This document shows, in pieces, positions 21,457-34,841 of a stretch of DNA of 64,000 nucleotides; positions within the stretch are counted from its first letter, which is position 1; every line of letters begins with the position of its first letter. The DNA comes from Massalongia carnosa. Taxonomy: Eukaryota. Under the pieces are notes generated by a model that did not search any database, was not told the DNA's origin, and saw nothing but the letters and a program-made list of their open reading frames with translations. Made by a program: the position numbers and the translations under genes. The stretch spans positions 1,612,001 through 1,676,000 of the forward strand of contig OZ287069.1 of the NCBI GenBank assembly GCA_965645245.1. The letters are read 5' to 3'.

Positions 21457-24400
21457 CAGTCGAACCCCGCTACAACGATGGTGGCGTTTTACCAAAATAA
21501 TTTCGTTATAGCGGGTTTTTCGTTATATCGGGGGAAATCATGGTAAATTTACTACTTTGCCCCCCTAAAACCCCCAATTCTCCCCCTTTGTCCCTAGCAA
21601 CTACCCAAGTGCTTAGAGTGACTTGTTTTTGACTGTTTTGCCGTCTTTCAAACAGCCCCCGTTCATGTCTTCGTAATTGACGAAGCATGCCCATATCGCC
21701 CTTCCACTGCTGTTCTTCATGCAGTCTCAGAATCCTACAAGCCTCCTGTGCTTGACTCATCGTTATAACAGGTATAACTTCCACCTCTTCATCCGTTTCA
21801 GTGAGCCTTTCCTGCTCCGCATATCGTGAAACGATATCATTTATAATGTCTTCATTCGTGTCCTTTATAGCCTTCTCGAGCGGGTTTATAAATTGATGAA
21901 TGTTCATCGGCTCTTCTATTCTACTCATGACCTGCATCTGACGTATGTCCTGTGTAATCTCTTCCAAAACAGACTCGAACTTGATCCATTCCGAGGTTCT
22001 TGATTGATTGAAGAGTGCTGAACCCCCAATCAATGACTCCTGATCGCCCCCAGCAGTTCTGTATGAGCAGCTTACTGTGAAAAACACACCTTATCCTGCT
22101 TCTGACCGGCGTGCCTCTCAGTACCAAGAGTTCGATCGAGTGCCATTTTCCAATAAAGCCCTGTTTCATCCATGTTATAAACGTCCTTGACAGCATATTG
22201 AGATACTAATTTACGAAGATCAGTCATTATCTACTGTACATTTTCGCTTTGATCAGCTGAACCAGCCTCGCCATGATAAATGCGTTGTTTGAGTCCTCGC
22301 GAGAAGACTCAGGACAGTCCCCACCCCAGCGAAAATCATTCCAAATTAGGACTAGCTACAAGCCACCTCCCCATACTAAATAATTAAGTGCATACCTCGT
22401 TCACCATCTCTTCCTCTAGCTGAGAACGTTGTATACCTAGGCAAATTATCAGTTTCTTTCCGCATACACCAAAAAATTCCCTAATTTAGGTGCACATAAC
22501 ACACAAAGGGTGAAAGGTATGCATCCGTTGGTAAAGAATGTGACAAATAGGCATACATCTATTAAAGACTCGGTGCGGAAATTATGCAAAACAGTGCAAA
22601 GGGTTCAGGTTGACTACGAAATATCAATCAATCATCAACGAATCAACAAGCCCCGGCTAATGAATAGAAGTGCATTCAAAGACCTTATAGGTTTAACAAC
22701 TCATCATGCTATTGGCCTCATATCTAGAGAGTTGGATGCAGCTAAAGTTGAAGGGACTGCGTTAATCGAACCAACCGATGAGGATTGTATGTATGATTGT
22801 GATTTGCCTCCACGATACGATCTTCCGTGCAGATGCTGATTGTATCATTGCGTCATTGATGTTTTCCCCATACCTATCTCCCTCATTCATCTCCGCTGAT
22901 TTTTCGATGGCCCGCCTTTTGTGATCTCGTGGAGAAGGGTTTTTGATCCCACCATAAGTTTCGCTGAGATGTTTCGGAGAGCAGCTCACAGGAAGACCAC
23001 AGAAGAGCAGGATGAGGAGGCGGATGAGGGAGAGAATGCTCAACAAAGACAAGAATCTGAGCTGGAAGAGGAGATCGAGAAGGCAGTTGACAATAATACT
23101 GAGGATAGATTTCGTCGCGGGGGTGTTGATTTGCTGCATGCGGCCGCACATCAATCTATTGATTTCCATAAATCAATAGAAAATGTGCATAGAAGGGAGG
23201 GATACGCTCGTGAATTCGCCAAATTCACTGCTATTTTCAATAAAAAATGGCAGGATAAGGAGCTGGCGAGGCCACTTATCCCTACAACTTTCCCCGACGA
23301 AACCCGACCGAAGGACAACCTCATGTATAAAAGAGTGGGAGTCGCCGGCGGGCTTACACTGGCCGTAAGGCAGCTGAGGCAAATGAAGCTAAGCAGCGAC
23401 GTGCTAAACGTAAGGACTCGATTGAAGAAGGAAGGAGAGGAAGGCATGAGGATGAATTGCGGGTAGGTGATGAAGACAAGGATATGATTGATGATAAAAA
23501 ACCCACGATATCAGCAAACCGATCGATGTAGCGCGGCTAATATTCGGTATAAATTCCGGAGATGCTATCATCGTATCTGACGACGATGACCTGCAATATA
23601 TAGCAACTCAGCCTACCCCTGATCCTCCATTCCCTCTGAATGAGAATGATGATTTTATCCCTCAATCCTTGGCATCTTCTTCCGATTCATTTGAAGACAT
23701 TGATGAAGTGCTAGCGAAACATAGCCAAAAGGCTCTTTCCCAAACGATTCCCTCTTCAAAAGCTCCTTCCCTTTATAGCCTCAGTCAAAAAAACATCCGC
23801 GCTAGCCAGCTACCATCCACATCGTCTACAACAACAACACGAGGGTCACGGAGTGTGGTAGCCAAAAAATCGAAGGCTCAGTTGGAGTTGGAGTCTCAGC
23901 AGAGGGCCGACCAAGCGGCTAAACAAGCAAGGGCTGAGGAGAGGAAAAACGCAGCTGCAAGAAAGGTTGCTAAGACTATGAAGCCTAGAAAGGATGATGT
24001 TTCGCAATTGAGTGATACATTTTCGGAATTGAGATCATCGCAATGAGTAGTAGGAGTAGTAGTAATAGTAGTAGTATGAATAGATGAGGATTTTTCAGAA
24101 TGCAAGGCTAAGCTAAATCAGCTAGAGGAAGCTTGCGGAGAGACGGTGGACCTGCACATATTTAGTATGGGGAGGTGGCTTGTAGCTAGTTCTAATTTGC
24201 AATGATTTTCGCTGGGGGGACGGTGGGGGACTGTCCCGAGTCTTCTCGGAGTCCTCGTCGTCTTTTAAATCGATCCAGCCAGCCATTGCTCCATTTCGGA
24301 GTGAGAATGCCTTCATACTGAGGCAGTTTGTTCCACAATTCGATGACCTTGATCCGTAGCACTTCAGCATTAACAATGAGACTGACCTATTCATCTCGTT

Positions 24401-24732
24401 GCTCCCATTCGAACAAAGCATCTTCTAACTCAGACCATTTGAAAATAACCTCTCGTTTGATTGAGCTCGCCTCCTCTTTATCATCCAGATAAGCATATTT
24501 GAAACTGAGAAGCTCGCTGATAGATGCATTCCCAGGCACATAATTATACTCCCTTTTCCACCACATGCGACAGTCGTTCTGAGTCACTTTACCCTTTGAA
24601 TCATCATTGTACCAGTCCCGAAGAGCTTTTCGCTGAATATTCGTGATTCCATGACGGGTTTTTTTTCGGGAGGGGGAAATTGACAAAGACATGAAGACAG
24701 GCCATTCTCGAGACATATTTACAGTTCGACTG
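21457..24732 (-). mobile_element. Tigger-like copy T2, inverted, with internal deletions and a MULE insertion
   Basis: Reverse-complement homology to T1 (ORF 21506..22087 vs 20625..21269; ORF 24387..24809 vs 19656..20000). TA-CAGTCGAAC ends. Confidence 0.85.
22300..24248 (+). mobile_element. Second MULE deletion derivative, 9-bp TSD GAGTCCTCG
   Basis: TIRs of about 90 bp starting CGAGAAGACTCRGGACAG. TSD at 22291-22299 and 24249-24257. Translation homologous to the 12033-14919 element (THHAIGL.SRELDAAK, SWIM-like motif). Confidence 0.88.
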
Positions 24733-25479
24733 TAGTAAAAAATCGACCGGGTCGTCGGGTCAAGCGGGTTAACCCGGCTCCGGTTTTCTAACCCAACCCA
24801 CGTGCCCACTAGCAGGTTAGGTTTAAACCCGGCCCAACGCGACCCGTTGTGCGGCGTGCACAGAACAACATCATAATTTCATTATTTTCATGTTTGTAAC
24901 GTCATCGTCAATTGATATGATTATAATCAATGTATTATTGAGTTTTTTCGTTATAAATTTAAACAGTTGTTCATATTTGTAATATGCAAAACAATTTTAT
25001 ATACGTCTTGTTATTTTCGTTAAATCAGTTGGGACGCTAATCCGAAGAAGCTTAGCGAAACGGACGGAGCCACGCACGTCTGAGGTACTACAACACAACA
25101 TACGAGTTGAGTACAATATAATCGAGAAGCTAATTTTAGTTCTGGCAAGCAAGGGTCGATACGAGTACTTAACTCTATACTCTGTACTCTAAAGTTAGGT
25201 AGCTACAAAGACACATAGCTACAGAATAAGTTAAGGGAAGTCATCGAAGTTCGATTCCTGTCAGCGCTGGCCTAATGATGGGTGGTAGTTTTGTTTCTTT
25301 AAGCGGCTTAGCTAAGCATTAGTTATCGGCATAACGTATAACTACCTGCGTGCCTACCTACCTAATTAAGAGGCTTCACTTAAGGCACAATAAGTTTCTT
25401 GGCTGGAGAAGTTTGCTGTAAAGTTTTGGAAATGCCGATATAGTTGCAATGAGCACATCCATCAACAAAACTGGCCAAT

Positions 25480-28400
25480 ATGTCTATTCCAGACACAGAG
25501 ACCAAAGAGTTGAGCCTAGTGAGCAAAGTTGAGCTTCGGATTGCATTGGCAGATTCGGACACGAAATTGGAAGCTCTATTGAAAACATTTCTCGCTCCTC
25601 TATTACTTAAACTTGCCTCTGAGTATTCGAGCGTTCGTAACAAAGTACGTCGAGTTGTTTTCAATCAAGAATTGATGCCTTGAGGAGAAATACTCTCATG
25701 AGGATACGTCTTTTATTATTCGAGTCGCTAATGGGCTCTAGGTCATCTCGGTTTGTCAACATATCAACACTAGAACCAAACTACCGTAGGACTACTTTCT
25801 TTTCTTGCTTGAATAAGGCGGTGTTGTAGCAATTAGTTATACCTCGTGAAGTTGTGGAGAATATTTAGCATACGTCTTTCTACACAAGCTAACGAGGTGG
25901 TTAACTCCAGATCGATCAAGCTGCCTGTAGCTGTATTGCTGAAGCAATTCAAGGACAGCCACAGTGCACTCGTCCGCCATTTTGACCTTCTCTACGTCCA
26001 ACAAGGCGTTGATCGACTGTCCAAATCTGTAAGAAACCCTTCAACTTGATTAACTGCCTGAAGGACTGCCCTCAATCTGAGGTATCTAGGCTTGGTTTCT
26101 TCAACCATAGCTCGGGGCAAGGTTCAAGCTCACTGCTAGAAATGATGAGTCTCATGATTTATCTCTTTACTCTACGGTATTATTTTAGAGTATGCCGCAG
26201 CTAACATGCTCGTTGACAGGATCAGTTAGATTTGCTTCCCATATTACTTCAGGGGTTACGTCATAATTATGATGAGTCTACAACCCAGGCAGCTAGTTTA
26301 TTCAATTTGCTTTTCAAAATACTACACAGCCTGTCTCTGCCAGAGCGTGGAAGCGTAGATGATGATGCTCTCCGCGCTAAGATTGGGTTTAGTGACCAAC
26401 CAGAAGATGCTAGCTTTGTAGCTAATTGGCTGGGTAAGCTCATCCTCTTCAACATCAATCGGACTGGAGAAAAGCGCTGCCCAGGGCTTAGTGTCGAGGA
26501 TTGCACCTTCCTATATCCTCCAGGCAAAAAGGATACCTGGACGCCAGCTTCCGGTGGCGGCATGAACATTGTAGAAACAAAGATCATAGCGGCTAGATTT
26601 CTTGCTAGTGGGGCCTTCCTCGACTCCGAAAGATTTATACCTGCACTTTTTGCTTCGGCTGACCCGAACTCGCGGCTTTCTGACATTGGAGATGATATTC
26701 TGAAACGAGCAACTTTAAATGTATCATTCGAAGACCATAAGCTTATAGAAACTTTCTTTGAGATCTACTTAGGTACACGCGGCCTCGAAGGTTCTTTGCC
26801 TGCTCCAATTCCCTTACAGACCAAGTTACTCTCTCTCTTATCTAGGTCTAAGCTCTCGTCCACTTTTGTTCAACAAAGCATTCAGGTTGTTCAAGAAGGC
26901 TTGGTCCCTCCAAAACTCAAACAACTGAATGGAACGACTGGTCCACCAAAGCAAGGGTTAGAGGCTTTAAAGCTTCGGACTCAAGTTTTTGTCTTTACAA
27001 ACTGGTTAGCGCGAAACAGTTCAGTGGCAGACATCAGTCTATTTGCTCCTACTCTACTATTCAAACTTCGGGGTTATATTGAATCTCAAGGATGGCCACA
27101 ATTTCAAAGTGATAGTCCACGGCCAAGCGATGGGGATTTAAGATCTCGAATTTATGGCTACGAGAGTATTGGCCTCTTAGCAGCAGCATGTCCAGGTTCC
27201 ATTCTACTAGAACCAAATCTCGATGTTCTTCGATGGCTCTTCACTTCCCTAAGTACAGATGATTCCGGCAGCGACGTTTCTATTAGTATCGAGCAAGCCT
27301 TAAGTAGCGTTCTTGGTGCTTTTAGACAAGATTTAGAGATGGACGTCGAAATGGCTCTTACAAGTCTCTTACTGCGATACATGAGCTTGCGTCCGGGAGA
27401 AGTTGATGAATCAAATTTCGAGGTTGTTCGAAGCACTAGGTTCGTGGCTGTTCGATTTGCGAATCGGTGTTTGCCTTATAAGAATGTTACTGCTCGGTGG
27501 ATCGATCTACTTGCCTTGGACGATGATGCAAATGACAGGAGTGAGGTTAAGGAAGAAGGGATAAAAGGACTGGACCCATACTGGTATAAGATGTTCAATC
27601 CATCCAAACTCATTTTTTCTGCAAACGATGAGACGCCTTATGACACCCGGTATGATTTTCCAAGCTTTTCTGACCTTGTAGAGAAGTTCTTTGGCCATGA
27701 ATCTATTTGGGATATTCAAGGTCGCAGATCCACTCAGTTTCAACTCACCACTGCATATAATCCTGCCATAGCTTTCTGTCGCTACATTCTACTGCATCAA
27801 GCTTTGTCGTCTACGAAGAAGGCTCCTGCTATCAATACAGAATGGGAGCGCAATATTGATGCTCTAGTTGCAAATGATGAAGAATCTCGTGCTTGTGTAC
27901 AGCAATATATAAAAACTAACTTAACGATAGATAGTCGTTTTTATCAAGCATTTCATATTTATCTGACAGCTTCCCTTAGGAGCATAACCGACCACATTGG
28001 TGGCGATCCCTCTCTATCTGGCGACGGATTTTTGGAGCTAGCTTCTCTATGTCCGGATTCAGAATTAGACCATCTAACGTTGATGGTACCATTTATACAA
28101 GACCCAATATTCTCAACCCAAAAGCCAATTAGAAACGCCGCAGCGCGTATCTTTGGCCTCTTGGCATCTCGGGAACAGTGCTCCCAAGATGTTGTCCAAA
28201 ACCTACTGCGCGCTTTCAAGCAGAAAATTCAAACGTGGCGTCGAGCCATTGGAACAGAAGTCTTCCATGTACATGGGGCCGTTTTGGCAACTGCGTACTT
28301 TCTCAGCCGAGCTACCTATCGTGGCAAAACCTCTTTTGATCATGGAGATGGAGACCTACGGGCATTTTTTGTAGCCGTAATTTTGGACATATTAAGCGAT

Positions 28401-31400
28401 TCTCGCGACAAGATGCTTATTGATGCCGCCATCATTGCATTTGCAGAGTTAAGTCTATTCGGTGCTATCTCTCTTGATAAATTTTTAGAACCTTACAATA
28501 CCTCTTTTTTGTTGGAAATGCTGAAGGAGAAGTCTAAAAACGGACAAGAGAAGGCAATTATGGCTCTAGGAAATCTAGGGATGCAGTGCGAAGAGGCTGA
28601 GTCTGGAGAGTCCCAACTGAACCAAATTTTGAAAACACTATATGATTTACACGAAGTGAGGCAACCAGAAGTACAATTTGCAGTGGGATCCTCCCTCTCA
28701 TGTTCGGCGGCCGGATGGCGTTCAAAATCACTGGTGGCCGCTATAGAAATTCAAGGACCGTCTCCACAAACCCCAGATAGGGTGTTAGTGTTATCCAAGG
28801 TTTTTGATAAAGTCTTATCTGATTGCAAAGCCACCAAACCAGCTTTAAGGCAAGCCTCGGTCATTTGGCTGTTGTGTCTAGTACAGTATTGTGGGCATCT
28901 AGAAACCGCCCAGAGCCGTTTACGAAAATGTCAAGCGGCTTTCACAGGTTTTCTATCAGACAGGGAGTCCTTGAATCAGGAATCTGCATCGCGAGGACTA
29001 ACCCTAGTTTATGAGAAAGGTGATCAATCTGTTAAAGATGATCTCATACGAGACCTTGTTGGGTCATTTACTGGAACAACCGCGGGTCTTGCTGGCAATG
29101 TTTCTCACGAGACAGAGTTGTTCGAATCCGGAGCGCTGCCTACTAGGGATGGTTCAGTCACAACGTACAAAGATATTGTCAGCCTTGCTTCTGAGGTTGG
29201 AGACCCTGCTTTGGTTTATCGATTCATGTCACTTGCTTCGAACAATGCAATATGGTCAACCCGAGCTGCATTTGGCCGTTTTGGATTAAGCAATATTCTC
29301 TCGGACTCCAGCGTCGACGGGTATTTAGCACAAAATCCTAAAATATATCCAGCATTATTTCGATACCGTTTTGACCCGAATGCGAACGTAAGGGGGTCCA
29401 TGAATGATATTTGGAACGCCTTGGTCAGAGAACCAGCGGTAATAATCAATCAGCACTTTGATAGTATCATGGATGATTTGTTGAAGAACATCCTGGGCAA
29501 GGAATGGCGTGTTCGTCAAGCTAGCTGTGCTGCCATCGCCGATCTTGTTCAGGGGAAACCGTTCGAGAAATATGAAAAATATCTCCGTCAGATCTGGACA
29601 ATGACGTTTAAGGTAACCTTTGTGATAACTCGGTGGATGAGATATGCTAATTTATTGCGAAGGTTTGCGATGATATTAAAGAGTCAGTCCGAAAGGCAGC
29701 TATGAGTTTAGCAAAAGTTTTAACAGGGGTTCTAACCCGGAGCCTTGAGGCTGCAGACTCATCAAGCCAGAAGGCAGATGCGATGCTAAAGGAAGTATTG
29801 CCATTTCTTCTCAGTCCATCTGGACTAGAGTCAAACGCCAAAGAAGTTCGATTGTTTGCCATTCTCACACTCCTACAGATCATTAAAAGCAGTAATGGCA
29901 AGACTTTGCGGCCTTTTATCCCTAACATTATTGACCACCTCCTTGCGCTTCTCAGTGCACTAGAACCTGAGCAAGTTAACTATCTCCACTTAAACGCGGG
30001 CCAATATAACTTGACCACCCAGGAAATCGACGATGCCCGACTAAAGAGTGTGAGGAGTTCACCAATGATGGAAGCCATTGAACGCTGCCTTGACTTCCTT
30101 GATGAAGAGACTATGGCAAAGCTATGTCCGAACCTGGAAAACGCTATCAAGACAGCGATTGGACTTCCGTCAAAAGTAGGATCTGCGCGTGTGCTCGTAT
30201 CGCTTTCAACGAAACACAACTATATCTTCAAGAAGTATGCAGATCAATTTTTGATACTTGCTCGCAAACAGGTACTTGACCGTAACGATACCATTTCATC
30301 TTCGTATGCTGTTTCGTGCGGATACCTTTCAAGACTAGCATCAGAAAAAGAGATTCTGAATCTAATTAAATATTGTCAGCGACTCTATTATGAGTCTGAA
30401 ATAGACACCCATCGGAGCGTATCTGGCGAAATTGTTTATGCAATCTCCAAAAATGCTTCAGATCGCTTCAACTCGGTTGCCACAGATATTTTGCCGTTTG
30501 TCTTTGTTGCAAAGCATGATGCATCGGAGCATGTGAAAGGATTCTTTGAAGACACTTGGAATGAGAACGTTGGAGGCTCTCGTGCTGTGCTACTATATCT
30601 CAATGAGATCATTAGCCAAGCATCGCAGCATCTGGACTCCCCTCGATGGTCCATCAAACACACCTCAGCCTTAACTATTGCGAATGCTATCACTTCTTTA
30701 GGTAGTGGGATTAGTGATTCGAATGCGAAGACTGTATGGCCGACACTTGAAAAAGCTCTCGGTGGTAAGACCTGGGAAGGCAAAGAAAAGGTCTTGGAAA
30801 GCCTCGTATGGCTCGTGAAGAATAGCAATATATTAAAACTAGATGAAGGTATTGCTAAACAAGCCCAGGTAAGTGATATCGATATATTTAGCCCAATATG
30901 CTAGGCTTAACCGTCAGGATTTCTATACAAGTCTTAATTTAAGAGTATCAACGCTAACAAAGTGAAGACCATCTTCTTTCGCGAAAGCAAGAGATATAAT
31001 GCTACGTATCGTCAGCATGCATTGGCTTGCTTAGGGGATTTTGTGGAGCTACAGAAAAGGATCGATCTGTCTCAGGAAGTGTATTCTATCGTTGAGCCAG
31101 TCATCACTCAAGCCTTGGATACTTCTGAAGATATGGATGTTGATTCGTTGTCAAATGGCCTCTCTTCTAAGTTACTGTACTTTATTTATTTCCAGCATGA
31201 CTTGAGAATGCTGCTAAATTCTGTACAGGAGCGATGCGAGTGTGGCAAACTCGCTGGGTGCGCTGCTAAAGTCAATCAATGGTCAGCTACAAAGCACACC
31301 AGGTATGTAAAGCAAACGTGGAGAGGAACTGAGTCTAAATCCTAGCATTTAGTCCTCATATCGATTCTTCCAAAAACGCTCGATTTAGTAAACAAAGTCA

Positions 31401-31750
31401 TCTCTAAAAACGGGAATAGAGTGATTCTAGACTCTGTTTACGACGCTGGAAAGTCTCTTTTCGAGAGGCTTGGCTCGCAAGACCTGGGCATAATAGAGGG
31501 TCCGTTAGAGAAGGTCTTAATCGGATATATACAGATGATATTTGCTTCCAAGGAGTGCGTTGAACAAACCCGTTTGAAAGCTGTTGAGGTATCTATTGCA
31601 ATGCTTCCCTTTGCCCGTGAAAGTGATCGTATCGCGGCTGCACTATCTCAGGCAATCGCGGATGCGAGAGCGCAAGAGCGGTCGGTGTCGGTTCAACAAC
31701 GGCTTAGCTTTGCAATGAAGGCGCTGGGAGAGGGTAAATTTGCATCCTGA
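25480..31750 (+). CDS. ecm29: Proteasome adaptor/scaffold ECM29 (HEAT repeats), multi-exon
   Basis: N-terminus ELSLVSKVELRIALAD...FLAPLLLKLAS; YKDIVSLASEVGDPALVYRFM; LFRYRFDPN; KEWRVRQASCAAI; GKTWEGKE. ORF segments are separated by GT-AG introns; exact internal exon boundaries were not all fixed. Confidence 0.93.
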
Positions 31751-32265
31751 GACCTGTATTTGCATTGGGGCGATTCACAGGTGCTTAGAAGTCATTCGAT
31801 GCTTGGAAAGGTATCTGGTTATCTACTAGCGAAATAATCTGCAAAGTCTTCGCGTATTCGGGCCACAGTCTAATTTTGGTGTTATGGAAAGTAACGTTAG
31901 TGGAAGGGCAAGTATACCGCTCTAGCGTAAAAGGGTTGAAACTAGTCTGTACGGTATGCAAGATTTCCCTGCTGGGTAACATAAGGGATTATGCATTATG
32001 TGGGGGCGTCGTGTGGCGCACCCGGGCACCCTACTGTATTCTAAGGGTTCTGATACTGAACGTTATAGAGCACTCTGTCCTCTAAATACTGTATATAGAG
32101 TATTATATGATGCATCACCATGCACTCATGTATACACACATTATGTGATTAGCTAAAATCACCTATAACCAAAATCGGGTGCTGTGCATGGTCCAACTTT
32201 ACCCCACCAAAATTTCCCCCTTTATTTCGTTCTCATCCACCTTTTCACCATTATTCCTATATAAA

Positions 32266-33350
32266 ATGCCCCGAAAATCTCACTATGATACGCCTCAAAA
32301 GGCCAAGGTACAGGGAGCTCATCAGTTTCTTGTTGCGAAAGGAATTTCGCATGATGTCCGTGATATTTTCAGAGAATTTAACGTTGAGGAAAGAGCTGGA
32401 TACAGAATGATTGAAGCAGGATCTTCTTCACGAACTCGTCACAATATTACTGAACTAAATGAAACTCGGGGTTGAAAATCAAAGGTCACAGGCGAGCAGG
32501 TGCGAGAAGCTGATCATATTCTACAAGACGATAATGCTCGAAGGCAAGCGTTATACTTGGGATCAAATTGCTCTCGAGGTCAACGCTGAGGTAGTGGATC
32601 GTACTATGCATCGCATTCTTCAAGCCGCATTAGACTCTGAAAAATGCCTCGCATGTGTGAAAGGATACGTTCCAATGGAACGCAGAATGGAGTTCGCTCG
32701 TGTTATGCTGAAAAAATACCCTAAACCCGAAGACTGGAGTCGTGTTCGATTCAGCGACGAAGTGCATTTTGGATATGGACCCGAAGGTCAACTACGAATC
32801 ATAAGACAGCCTGGTACTCGATATAGATGGGATTGTATTCAGCATCGTGATCCCCCTCCTGAAAAAGATCGAAAACGAATGCATTGTTGGGCTGCCGTTG
32901 GATATAATTTCAAGTCTGAGCTCGTCTTTTACGATGTTCCTGGAAATAGCAATGGAAAGATGACCCATGAGGTCTACATCGACTCCATTCTCAATCCCGT
33001 CGTCAAGTCTTGGCTTGATCGAGTTGACGACTTTATTTTAGAAGAAGATGGGGACTCCGGACATGGCACTGGTAGAACCCGAAATGCAGTCAAGACATGG
33101 AAGGAAAGCAATCATTTGAATCATTATTTTAACTCTTCGTCTTCTCCTGGTTTGTCTCCAATCGAGAACTGCTGGCTACCGATTAAGCAACATCTTCGTA
33201 AATATCCACACTGGGATGATGCGACTCTGAAGGAGTTGATTTTGGAGGGTTGGACTCGTGTTTCTTAGGAATTCATCAATAAACGGGTGCGATCAATGCC
33301 TGATAGACTGTAGGTAGTACTAGATGCTGAAGGTGCAATAACTGGTTATT
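32266..33350 (+). pseudogene. Tc1-like (DDE_3, DD38E) transposase pseudogene of the CACGCGG family; TIRs degraded
   Basis: MPRKSHYDTPQK...RVRFSDEVHFG...LEEDGDSGHG...SPGLSPIENCW with stops and frameshifts; homologous to 33608-34697. Confidence 0.85.
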
Positions 33351-33482
33351 AAATTGAATTTTTCTTGTGTAAACACTGTAAAATCGTGATTGAAAAGGGG
33401 GAATGCATGCAAAATGGTGTGCCGAACTTTGAACCCAAAACTGCGCGGTAAAAAAAAATTAAGCGACAGAATTGTTGCCTCA

Positions 33483-34841
33483 CACGCGGGTGAAAAAAAA
33501 GGGCAAGGTGAGCCGAAACTCCCCCACCAAAACTTACCCCTTTTCTTCCCCTTTTTCTTTCCCATCTTCTTCCTCATTGTAGCATTAATCTCAAATCCAA
33601 CATTTCAAATGCCATCCCACTACGGTACACCTCAAAGGCCAAGGTGCAGGGAGCTTATGAATTTCTTCTTGCAAAAGGCATTTCCATCGATCCTCGAGAG
33701 ATTTTTCAGCATTTTGGCATTCGAAGCGAGAGACGGCTATAAGATCATTCGAAACGGAGCAGCTTCTAGAAGAAGACATCATTCAACGCTCGTTGAGACA
33801 TGCGGTCGCAAATCAAAAGTCACGGAAGCACAAATACAGGAGGCAGATCACATTCTACAAGATGAGGGGCTACAGTTGGAAGGAAAACGATACACATGGG
33901 AACAATTGGCTATGGAGATTGGGGCCGACGTTGTCGGTCGTACAATGCACAATGTTATGTCGGCTGCTCTAAACTATGAGAAATGTCTGGCCTGCGTCAT
34001 GGGATGGCTGGCCGACCCACCTATGGAAAGACGGGTCGAATTTGCTCACATGATGCTGACCAATATCCCAAACCGGAGCAATGGGATCGCGTACGATTTA
34101 GTGATGAGATTCATTTTGGATATGGGCCGGAAGGACAGTTACGAATCATTCGTCAGCCCGGAACACGATATCGTTGGGATTGCATACAGCATCGTGACCC
34201 GCCTCCTGAGAAAGATCGAAAACGAAAACATTGCTGGGCTGCAATTGGCTACAATTTCAAGTCGGATATTATCTTTTATGACGTGCCGGGCAACAGCAAT
34301 GGTAAAATGACTCATCAGGTGTATATTGAATCCGTTCTTGACCCCGTCGTCAAGCCCTGGCTGGAGCGTGGGGATGACTTCGTACTTGAAGAAGATGGAG
34401 ACTCTGGTCATAGCACGGGCAAGACAAGAAATGCCGTCAAGAAATGGAAGGAAGATCATCATTTAGAGCATTATTTCAATTGTGCCTCATCACCTGATTT
34501 GTCCCTATAGAAAATTGCTGGCAGCCAGCGAAGCAGCATGTTCGAAAGTATCCTCATTGGGACGATGTCAGCTTGAAGCAGCTGATTAGGGATGGATGGG
34601 AACGGTGACGCAGGAATTCATCAATGAAAGAGTTCGATCAATGCCCAAACGATTAGAAGAGGTAATTAGGGCTGAGGGGGCGATGACTGGCTATTGAATA
34701 GAATATGTATGTAGAATTGAAATGGTCATACGAATTGAAACGTTGAATGGGGAAGAAGATGGGGAAGAAAAAAGGGAAGAAAAGGGTAAGTTTTGGTGGG
34801 GGAATTTCGGCTCACCTTGCCCTTTTTTTTTCACCCGCGTG
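33483..34841 (+). mobile_element. Tc1-like element with CACGCGG TIRs and 5-bp TSD CCTCA; transposase frameshifted
   Basis: TIR of at least 60 bp (CACGCGGGTGAAAAAAAAGGGCAAGGTGAGCCGAAA...). CCTCA at 33478-33482 and 34842-34846. Motifs RFSDEIHFG, LEEDGDSGH, SPDLS. Confidence 0.88.

Larger units (their letters stand above)
11253..24858. mobile_element. Degenerate DNA-transposon shell with CGGGT/ACCCG subterminal repeats (hAT-like), hosting the pogo-family insertions
   Basis: Clustered CGGGT/AACCCG motifs at 11254-11305 and 24745-24858 interrupt the copy-2 repeat. No transposase and no clean TSD found. Confidence 0.35.
10600..25084 (-). mobile_element. CTCAGACGTG-ended repeat, copy 2 (inverted relative to copy 1), expanded to 14.5 kb by nested insertions
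   Basis: Ends CTCAAACGTG (10600) and CACGTCTGAG (25075-25084). Fragments 10600-10690, 11055-11074, 11246-11252 and 24859-25084 reassemble colinearly against copy 1. Confidence 0.55.
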
